Source: a virus. Taken from it: a stretch of DNA of 64,000 nucleotides. The notes under the pieces are model-generated. The model was not told the origin of the DNA. It ran no database searches and worked only from the letters and a program-made list of their open reading frames with translations. The stretch is from positions 10,683 to 74,682 of IMG/VR virus record IMGVR_UViG_3300021468_000001. The stretch is one strand, 5' to 3'. Positions 46,634 to 53,925 of the stretch are shown here, piece after piece (the first letter of the stretch is position 1; each line of letters opens with the position of its first letter). Both the position numbers and the translations under genes were made by a program.

Positions 46634-47531
46634 TGGTTTCACGGTAGATGGCGATATCATTCCCGATGCGGATGACACACGCAATCTCGGCTCGTCAAGC
46701 AAGCAGTTCGCGGCAATCTACGCCGTGGACGGATATTTCGAGACCGCGGAAGGCGAGAAAGTCGAGGTCAACAACGCAGCGGGCACATGGCGCAGCGTCG
46801 AGTATCAAACCGGCGGGAGTATGCGCTGGGTAATCACCGCCGACTCCGCATCCGAATCGGGCGGGAACGCGGGGAGCAATTTTCAAGTCCGGCGGTATGA
46901 CGACAGCGGCTCGTATATTGACAACCCGATTCACATTTACAGAAGCGACGGCGTGGTCCGTATGGTGAACGGCGCGAAGATGGACACGATTGAGGAATAC
47001 ACTTCCGATACGGGCGTGACGGTTGACGGGGTGTTGATAAAGGATGGCCAAGTTGATGGGGTGGACATAAGCGCTCATGCCTCTCGCCACCAAAACGGGG
47101 GCGCGGATGAACTCGACCTCACGGGACTTGAAGGCGACAACATCAAGGTTGATACGATTGGCGAAAAGACCCCTGGCGCGGGTGTGAGTTTCGGGAGCGT
47201 GGTTGACTTCGGCCACGCCGTTACGCGAGAGGTGAAGACGCTTTCACTCGGAGATTACACCATCACCGATAGCGACCCGGACTTATTTTTCCTGGACAAT
47301 CCAGGGGATACAGATAGTACTATCACGCTCCCCACAGCAGCGGACAACAAGGGGCGGATTTTACGGTTTGTGGTAAGGTCTCCGCAGGTAGGCGCGAACA
47401 ATTGGATTCTGGATGGAGAAGGAACGGAGACCATCAATGGGGACGCGACTTATACCTTATCGGCGGCCACGTATGACCGCGTAACTATAGCCTGTGACGG
47501 CAGCAACTGGTTCATTCTGGCGGAGCAGTGA
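46617..47531 (+). CDS. Tail fibre-like mosaic protein
   Basis: IPDADDTRNLGSSS, ESGGNAGSNF, HASRHQNGGADE, TITLP..DG..TING..DGSNW modules. Confidence 0.75.
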   Translation: MTVRRSGFTVDGDIIPDADDTRNLGSSSKQFAAIYAVDGYFETAEGEKVEVNNAAGTWRSVEYQTGGSMRWVITADSASESGGNAGSNFQVRRYDDSGSYIDNPIHIYRSDGVVRMVNGAKMDTIEEYTSDTGVTVDGVLIKDGQVDGVDISAHASRHQNGGADELDLTGLEGDNIKVDTIGEKTPGAGVSFGSVVDFGHAVTREVKTLSLGDYTITDSDPDLFFLDNPGDTDSTITLPTAADNKGRILRFVVRSPQVGANNWILDGEGTETINGDATYTLSAATYDRVTIACDGSNWFILAEQ

Positions 47532-47782
47532 TGGCGAAGAAGTTTATGGCGTGGTGTCCGGTGTGCAAAGGGGCGCGGCGGTTCAACGCATCCGGGCACC
47601 ACGTCGCTTACTGTGAAGATTGCGGCGAATACATCTGGGCGCACACTTTCCGCACGTGTCCGCGATGCAGGTCGCCGAGGCGGTTCTACGTTATGAACAA
47701 GGACGGGACGCGGCTGCGGTGTCGCGTCTGCGGGTTCATCCTGGATGAGGAGGAAAAGGACTATGGCACCGGAAAGGTTTAG
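47531..47782 (+). CDS. Multi-Zn-ribbon protein
   Basis: CPVC, CEDC, CPRC, CRVC. Confidence 0.65.
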   Translation: MAKKFMAWCPVCKGARRFNASGHHVAYCEDCGEYIWAHTFRTCPRCRSPRRFYVMNKDGTRLRCRVCGFILDEEEKDYGTGKV

Positions 47783-48284
47783 ACTGCTGGCGGCCGTTGT
47801 CGCCGCGCATCCCGATAGACGGGTTGTTTGTCAAGGCCGCCTTCAAAATACAGTCCTGCTCCTACAAAGCGCAGGTCTTTCAACCGACTACGACTACACA
47901 ACGCATTTTCACAGACCCTATAGTGAGGGACTTCAAGCAGAAATCGGGCTGCTTGAACATATGGGACTTGCAGAAGGGCATCCTCCTCGTCCAGCGGAAG
48001 ATAGACCCTGTTATGTCATCAAGGCAAAGCCGAAAGCAGCGCTGAAAGAAGTGGAGGAGCAATTCGGAGACGCGATTCGATTGACAGCACAATCCGACCT
48101 CGAAGTTCTGGAGTTGGCGGCGACCTATGTGGTGTTTCGTGAGAAAGGGATGACGCACGACGAGGCGCTGGCAGTTATCCGTCGGAGAAAGGGCGCTGAG
48201 CGCGTAGCCAAAAACGAAAAGAGCATTTTTGAATTGCTTGATAAACTTGGGCTTCTGGAGGAGGAGCATCGTGAGTATTCCTGA
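47763..48284 (+). CDS. YwgA/SocA(Panacea)-like antitoxin-related protein, divergent
   Basis: GRLQNTVLLLQ..Y..HFHRPYSEGL..LELAAT resembles RLQK..GPYS..LEL.AT. Confidence 0.6.
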   Translation: MAPERFRLLAAVVAAHPDRRVVCQGRLQNTVLLLQSAGLSTDYDYTTHFHRPYSEGLQAEIGLLEHMGLAEGHPPRPAEDRPCYVIKAKPKAALKEVEEQFGDAIRLTAQSDLEVLELAATYVVFREKGMTHDEALAVIRRRKGAERVAKNEKSIFELLDKLGLLEEEHREYS

Positions 48285-48531
48285 ATGGGCACGCGAGTTG
48301 CTTGACCGCATGGGGAAGGTCGAGGACAAGGTCGGCGACCTTTCCGAGCGCATGGGCAAGGTTGAGGCCAAACTCGGCAATCTTGAAGGCTGGCTTGACA
48401 AGCAGAACGGCCGCGTCTGGACTCTTTCGGAGCGGCAGGGGCGCCTGACCGGCAAGGTAGCGATACTCGTGGTCTTGACAAGCGCGGCTGTATCGGCTAT
48501 ATTTGGTGTGGTGTTGTCTCTTTTGAAGTAG
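48271..48531 (+). CDS. Coiled-coil protein with C-terminal TM (XhlA-like lysis accessory)
   Basis: Heptad repeats RMGKVE; QNGRV; hydrophobic tail; GGAGGAG RBS with GTG start. Confidence 0.65.
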   Translation: MSIPEWARELLDRMGKVEDKVGDLSERMGKVEAKLGNLEGWLDKQNGRVWTLSERQGRLTGKVAILVVLTSAAVSAIFGVVLSLLK

Positions 48532-48542
48532 GAGGAAGGACG

Positions 48543-48698
48543 ATGGTGAGAAATCTCAACCCGCCCCGCGACGGACGGGGCAAAGGACGCGGGATGCCTG
48601 GCGGCGGGCGTCGGGGTCGGAACACAGGGCCCTGTAAGAAAGGCGGTCCGGGACACGGTCGTGGCGGAGGCCGTGGCGGAGGGCGCGGCCGTGGGTAG
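48543..48698 (+). CDS. 51-aa Gly/Arg-rich peptide
   Basis: Not in ORF track; GGAGGAAGGA RBS; MVRNLNPPRDGRGKGRGMPGGGRRGRNTGPCKKGGPGHGRGGGRGGGRGRG. Confidence 0.7.
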   Translation: MVRNLNPPRDGRGKGRGMPGGGRRGRNTGPCKKGGPGHGRGGGRGGGRGRG

Positions 48699-48927
48699 AG
48701 GAGCACGAATCGGCATCATTCTCATTCTGTTCCTGCTCGTGACCGTAAGCGCCAGCTGCAACAGGGCGATGATACCTGTTAACGACCTGCGAGACTTCCG
48801 CGACTGCTACAAAGCGATGGAGCAGGGGGTAACGTTCGATAAGCCAGAAGCGAGATCTATCTACGATGACCTGCGAAAGACACTTGATAACTGGCTTAAA
48901 CCTTTTGAGGAGAACAAGGGTGAGTGA
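48691..48927 (+). CDS. Small lipoprotein (spanin-like?)
   Basis: Basic N-terminus, hydrophobic IILILFLLV, lipobox VSAS-C. Confidence 0.6.
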   Translation: MGRGARIGIILILFLLVTVSASCNRAMIPVNDLRDFRDCYKAMEQGVTFDKPEARSIYDDLRKTLDNWLKPFEENKGE

Positions 48928-49219
48928 CAAGATGAGTCTGGAAGAGGCTGCGGAAAAGGCCAAGAAACTGGCTACCCGCAGCGGCGCGAAGTCCACAGAG
49001 TTTTGGGCTGTGGCCGCTGCCGCCGTCGCTGGCGTGGTGATGTCCGTGTTCAAGGTCGGCGCGGAGCACTGGGTCGTCCAAATCATCTCGAACTGGCTAC
49101 CGCTCGTCGGCGCGCTCGCCTATGCCGCCTTCCGGGGCCGGCTCAAAAAGGTCGCGCTCGACGTGCTGCCGATGCTGGTTGAGAAACTGAAAGAAAAAGA
49201 GAAGGAGCGTTCGATATGA
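48920..49219 (+). CDS. Holin
   Basis: GAKSTEFW followed by two TM segments and a charged tail. Confidence 0.68.
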   Translation: MSDKMSLEEAAEKAKKLATRSGAKSTEFWAVAAAAVAGVVMSVFKVGAEHWVVQIISNWLPLVGALAYAAFRGRLKKVALDVLPMLVEKLKEKEKERSI

Positions 49220-49752
49220 TGAAAAATCTTTCGTTCAAAGAACTTTGGGAATACCTTGAAGAAAGAGCAAAGACAACTAAGGGGTGGCACATTTCAATTC
49301 GAGGAGAACCTGAGGAAATTCTGCGGGCATTGAAGGGTATAATCCCGAAGGGTAGGATTCTTGAAGTTGGGGCTCGTGGCGGTCGGCTTCAAAAACTGTG
49401 TGATTCGCTAAAATATGATTATGCTGGCGTGGAATTTTCGGAAGCGATGGTCGAAGGTAACGATGCGCTTCTTCCGGTTCGGAAACCGTCTGATTTGCCA
49501 GAGGGGCCTTTCGACTGCGTAGTTTTGAACACAACAATTTGTATGCTATCACGGAAGGCTGCGAAGTCTCTTGTGAATGAGGCGACAGCCCGCTTAAAAG
49601 AAAACGGGGTTCTGATTCAGGTTGATCCCAAAGCCAAAAGGCTGTTTACCCTCCCAGATGGGAATATGATTGAAGTTACGGCGTTCAGCGAACCACACGT
49701 AATCATTCACCGAAAGAAAGAAAAGGATGCCCGCTCCAGTCGTCGGCGTTAA
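49216..49752 (+). CDS. Class I SAM-dependent methyltransferase
   Basis: ILEVGARGGR, GVEFSEAM, LPEGPFD. Confidence 0.75.
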   Translation: MMKNLSFKELWEYLEERAKTTKGWHISIRGEPEEILRALKGIIPKGRILEVGARGGRLQKLCDSLKYDYAGVEFSEAMVEGNDALLPVRKPSDLPEGPFDCVVLNTTICMLSRKAAKSLVNEATARLKENGVLIQVDPKAKRLFTLPDGNMIEVTAFSEPHVIIHRKKEKDARSSRRR

Positions 49753-50602
49753 GATTCATGGCGGAATCGGAAATGCGCTTCAGTCGTTGCCGTTAATTCG
49801 CCACCTTCAGTCCTTAGGGATTACACCGAATGTTTTACCTGGGCGATTAGAATCTGGCGGGATCTCAGATATTTTCCGGTGTCTCGCGCAACACGAAAGG
49901 GTGCTCTTTGATGCAAACGTTATAATGCAATTTGTGCTAGATCTCCCCTATTTTAAGAACTGCGTTTCGCCCATGACGGGAATGCCGCTTTTTTGGCATG
50001 AAGTATTTGATGTTTCATGGGGATGGCTTTCTGGTGAAGCGGCCCTTTACTTGAGGATGGCAACAACGGAAAAAACATTGCCTCCACCTCAGAAGTACCG
50101 TTTTTATCTAGATGCGGATATAAAACGAGTTGAGCAATGGAAGGGGCGAACGGTGGTTTCTTTTGAGGGGAAGCGTAAACAGAAAATTAAACGGTATCCA
50201 TTTGCGGTTGAAGTAGCAGAGCGTCTTCCGGGATCCGTTTTTGTTGGCCTTGAACGTCTGCCTGCACTTCCTGAGTCTGTCATCGACCTACGCGGAAAAT
50301 TGAAACTAACGGAGGTTGCCGCTCTTTTGGGCAGTGCAAAAAGGTGTATTGCAAATGACAGTGGGATTGCTCATCTATCAGCCGCTGTTGGTTGTCCAAC
50401 TTTTGTTATTTTTGGGCCAACATCTCCGTTAAAAAATAGACCGCCCTGGCCTTGGGTTGAGGTTTTCACGAAGCAAGAAGGATGCATTGATTGCCAGTCA
50501 AAGGGGGCAATGAAAGAAGATTGCCCGCTTTCAATGCCCCCGCCCTGCCTTTCAATCGATCCTGGCTATATCCTTGCCGAGTTTAAAAAAAGATTTCCTT
50601 GA
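49727..50602 (+). CDS. Glycosyltransferase family 9 (heptosyltransferase-like)
   Basis: GGIGN..LP, KRYP, DLRGKL, NDSGIAHLSAAVG.P..IFGPT. Confidence 0.9.
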   Translation: MPAPVVGVKIHGGIGNALQSLPLIRHLQSLGITPNVLPGRLESGGISDIFRCLAQHERVLFDANVIMQFVLDLPYFKNCVSPMTGMPLFWHEVFDVSWGWLSGEAALYLRMATTEKTLPPPQKYRFYLDADIKRVEQWKGRTVVSFEGKRKQKIKRYPFAVEVAERLPGSVFVGLERLPALPESVIDLRGKLKLTEVAALLGSAKRCIANDSGIAHLSAAVGCPTFVIFGPTSPLKNRPPWPWVEVFTKQEGCIDCQSKGAMKEDCPLSMPPPCLSIDPGYILAEFKKRFP

Positions 50603-51548
50603 CTTTTGCCATCCACTTCTCAGCGCGGTGCCTATAAGTATGAAACCCATGCGCTTGTTTCCATGCGCTCTCTCGCTTTTCGTAAATCTCATCTTCTCCA
50701 ATTGTTTCGATGATGTTTAGTGCAGACTCCACAATGTTAGATTTGCTCGTCCAAAACACCGAATCGCCGAATTCCAGTTTTAATTCTTGTCGCTCGATTG
50801 CGAGATAGCTTGCACCCCACCCTGTCATTATGTAAATGCGGTTTGACCAATAATGGTCCATAACCAAATTGGGAGCATCAAGTACGATCTTATATTGCGG
50901 AATTACCTGCCCGAGCCTCCACCCATATACTCCACGCCTGATATTTTTTACTTTGCCATCCAGCCCTTCGATCATCTCTATCCGTTCTTTTTGATAGAGC
51001 ATCCCAACGAAAAGGGCTTTTTTTCTAATAGGAACCGTTAGGAACGGCCACTTGCTTCTACAACCCTGTCTGATTAGAACCCAGTCAACGTGAGGGGCTA
51101 GATACTCCCATCGCCCAGTTGCAAATACTGGTATCTCAGACGGAACCTTTTTGAGAAAAATCTTTCTACTACGAGTGTCCATGCAATCAAAAGTGAAAAG
51201 TAGAAGTCTTGACTTATCTACTCTCTGCCATCCTGGCATGTCTTCTTTTCTAAGTGGAATCGCGACGATAGAATCTGGTGGGGCATCCAAAGGATCCCGA
51301 ACAGCGTGGACAATAAAATTACTTGCTGCTTTCTTGATATGATAAGGAGGGTTTGCCCTCGGCAATGGGAGCGGTCCTTCGTAGCTTGCCCCCGCCTCGC
51401 AGAATCCTTCAATTAGGTCCCACTCTGTTGGGATTTGCCCCCAAGGATATTGCGAGATTCTAATTACAAAGGTTAGGCGGGGGGACCGCCCGCGAGGTGC
51501 GGGATGGAGGGGCTCGCTCCGCACCCCGCGAGTTTTGCCCGGCCCCAT
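50583..51548 (-). CDS. Glycosyltransferase (CgeB/GT-B-like)
   Basis: FVG, YWSNRIY..G.G, HTYRHRA. Confidence 0.82.
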   Translation of the reverse strand: MGPGKTRGVRSEPLHPAPRGRSPRLTFVIRISQYPWGQIPTEWDLIEGFCEAGASYEGPLPLPRANPPYHIKKAASNFIVHAVRDPLDAPPDSIVAIPLRKEDMPGWQRVDKSRLLLFTFDCMDTRSRKIFLKKVPSEIPVFATGRWEYLAPHVDWVLIRQGCRSKWPFLTVPIRKKALFVGMLYQKERIEMIEGLDGKVKNIRRGVYGWRLGQVIPQYKIVLDAPNLVMDHYWSNRIYIMTGWGASYLAIERQELKLEFGDSVFWTSKSNIVESALNIIETIGEDEIYEKRESAWKQAHGFHTYRHRAEKWMAKVKEIFF

Positions 51549-51554
51549 TTTTGT

Positions 51555-51962
51555 TTACTCCAAGGTTGGTTCAGGAATCGCATTGAAAACTGCGTCAAGA
51601 TCAAGGAATGTGTCGAACCGTTGATTGATAATTTCACGCTTTATGGCGCCGAATATAACTTTCAACCGCGATTCGCATTTTTCCTTCGTAAGCGGGCTTT
51701 TGGCAGTGCCTTCCCGCGACTTGAAAATCGTTGGGCCAACACCGGGGATGGAAACACGCAAAGTTTGCTGAATAGGAATCGACTCCCCGCTTTTTCTGGG
51801 GAAATGAATGTCTGCTGTGCCCTCGTGAAAAACAAAGATTGGCTTCGGTATTGAAGAATGAACGAAAAGTACCGCCCACTCAGCTCTAGGAATTTTGCAC
51901 CACCCCTCGTACGTAAGGCTCGTCCAGATAACGCCAATTGGGAGAGATGTTAGACTATCCAT
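51555..51962 (-). CDS. Hypothetical protein
   Basis: AGGAGG RBS, overlapping the upstream stop. Confidence 0.6.
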   Translation of the reverse strand: MDSLTSLPIGVIWTSLTYEGWCKIPRAEWAVLFVHSSIPKPIFVFHEGTADIHFPRKSGESIPIQQTLRVSIPGVGPTIFKSREGTAKSPLTKEKCESRLKVIFGAIKREIINQRFDTFLDLDAVFNAIPEPTLE

Positions 51963-53130
51963 TTCGTTCCTCCTGTTGCGCGATTTCAATCAAATAAACT
52001 AAGAGCAAGACAACTTGTTCTTTGGAAAGATCGTCTATTTTGACCGGCGATGATGCGCTGAGTCCGATTTTTTCTTTGAACTCCTTTATCGCGGCAATAA
52101 ACTTTTCCCTATCAGCGTGTTTTGCCCTTCGTCTCCATTCTGCAAGAACGTCTTTCCTCTGTTCTATGTTTTCGATTTTACTTGCGATTTCAGCCGCGAG
52201 TTTTTCTGCTTTTGCTTGTTTGGGCTCAGGTTTCGTCGGTTCTTCTTTGCTTTCTTTTTCTACGTCAAGTTCGGGTTCTTCACAAAGATCTTCCCCTTCA
52301 GAATGTTCACGAGGTTCGTCTTCGGTTTTTGCTTCCTTTTCTATCTTTTTCTTTTTAGGCCTACCACGCTTTTTCTTTTCCGAAGGCTTCGATTCCTTTT
52401 CCCCTCCCGTCGTTTCTGATTCGAGATCCTTAATCAGTTGCGCTTCGATAGGTTCTTTTGTTTCGTCAGCCTCGTTAAAATGAGGTATTTCATCTTCTAG
52501 GAATAGTTCGGTCATGTTTTCACTGTACGGAACCAGGCTGATAATGGCACGCTTCCTGGCTCTCGTAATTGCCCGGCCAAAAGCCGCATGGATTTTATCA
52601 GACGTCTGGAGGCTGATACCCTGGATTGGCGTTATTGTCATGCCGAAATCTGTGGAAACGCGGTTAAACCGGTCTCGTATCCGAACCTTTGCAACAACCC
52701 GAAGTGTTCCCCCGCCATTTTGAACAACTTCATCCAGGTTATCAACAACAGAAAGTTCTTCTTCTTGGACGCCAAAAAAAGTGGCCATCTTTGTGGTTGC
52801 CTTCTTCAATGGTTGACAGGCAACGCGATAAGCCATCTCCTTTTCCTTCGCCATTTCGATCCACCTTTTTAACTCATCCTTTGATTGAGTAAACTTTTGT
52901 TTCCATTCATCAACTAACTTCCCATTCTTGACCTTCTTGATTTTTATCGAGAAAATCCAAAGAAAATCGGAATCGTCCAGTATGTTGCCGACTGCCTTAA
53001 AAAGTGCCGAGTAGGACTTTGAAATTAAAGCAATCGTTTCTTCATCTGGAAGAATCACTCCGGTTTCTGGGAGAGATACCCCCATTTGTGCCTCGGGCGT
53101 GACTCTTGCAATACTAGTTTCTTCACTCAT
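51955..53130 (-). CDS. Putative single-strand annealing protein/recombinase with acidic linker
   Basis: RAITRARKRAI helix; adjacent to exonuclease. Confidence 0.5.
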   Translation of the reverse strand: MSEETSIARVTPEAQMGVSLPETGVILPDEETIALISKSYSALFKAVGNILDDSDFLWIFSIKIKKVKNGKLVDEWKQKFTQSKDELKRWIEMAKEKEMAYRVACQPLKKATTKMATFFGVQEEELSVVDNLDEVVQNGGGTLRVVAKVRIRDRFNRVSTDFGMTITPIQGISLQTSDKIHAAFGRAITRARKRAIISLVPYSENMTELFLEDEIPHFNEADETKEPIEAQLIKDLESETTGGEKESKPSEKKKRGRPKKKKIEKEAKTEDEPREHSEGEDLCEEPELDVEKESKEEPTKPEPKQAKAEKLAAEIASKIENIEQRKDVLAEWRRRAKHADREKFIAAIKEFKEKIGLSASSPVKIDDLSKEQVVLLLVYLIEIAQQEERNG

Positions 53131-53144
53131 GACTTCTCCTTTCT

Positions 53145-53915
53145 TCAAACGACAACCCGACCTCTACCAAACTCACAGACGTCCCACCACCCGCACCACT
53201 TCTCGCTGCACCACCATCCCGATGTATTCGGAACAGGGCGCTCTTCTACCATCATCATCCCAACATTGCGAACAATTTGGGCGAAAGCCTCAATAGACTT
53301 TGCGTTAGGGGACGTTTTGCGAAACTCAAAACAGTCTCTCTTTCTCTCAACGATGTTCGGGTAGAAAACGGAAAACGTGAAATCCAATAGCTTTTTCTCT
53401 TTCCTCCAAAATGGAAGTGCGTAAGCAAGTGGCTGAACCTCTTTGTGTTCCCTTCCTGTTGCCCATTTCCTCCAAGCGGTTTTGTGATCAACAATCCCCA
53501 TTCCTCTTGCTATGAGGTCAATCCTGCATCTCATTTTGAATCCATCAATGTCTACCTCCAAAGGAACCTCAACAGCTACAGGATCAAATTGCGGAGATAT
53601 TGCCTCTTTGTGTCTCTTGATTGACGCGACTCCTATATTGAAGTACTCGGACGCCGCAAGTTCACCATCTTTCCTTTCTGCTTCGCAAAGCCGATCCTGG
53701 AATTCAGCCTCGAAAGCCGTAATCATCTCGTCAACTTCACAGTTTTCTCCTTCAATCTTTTTTTGAAGATCAACCTCAACTCCGGCATGATAACTGCTTC
53801 CAAACACCATTGTGAATCCTGGCGGTCTAGGGCCTACTGTTAGTAGATGCCAAAGCTGCATGGGGCATCGCATTGCCATCGCAACTTTGGATGGTGATAG
53901 GCTGTAAATTCTCAT
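53145..53915 (-). CDS. PD-(D/E)XK exonuclease (RecB/Cas4-like, likely Fe-S)
   Basis: LSPS..CP, GSSYH, RIDLI, IVDHKT, QxxxY, C-x3-C-x5-C tail. Confidence 0.88.
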   Translation of the reverse strand: MRIYSLSPSKVAMAMRCPMQLWHLLTVGPRPPGFTMVFGSSYHAGVEVDLQKKIEGENCEVDEMITAFEAEFQDRLCEAERKDGELAASEYFNIGVASIKRHKEAISPQFDPVAVEVPLEVDIDGFKMRCRIDLIARGMGIVDHKTAWRKWATGREHKEVQPLAYALPFWRKEKKLLDFTFSVFYPNIVERKRDCFEFRKTSPNAKSIEAFAQIVRNVGMMMVEERPVPNTSGWWCSEKWCGWWDVCEFGRGRVVV

Positions 53916-53925
53916 CTCTCTTCCC

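Noticed and set aside
41301-47531. Diversity-generating retroelement targeting fibre genes
   Set aside because: No reverse transcriptase and no TR/VR repeat pair noticed
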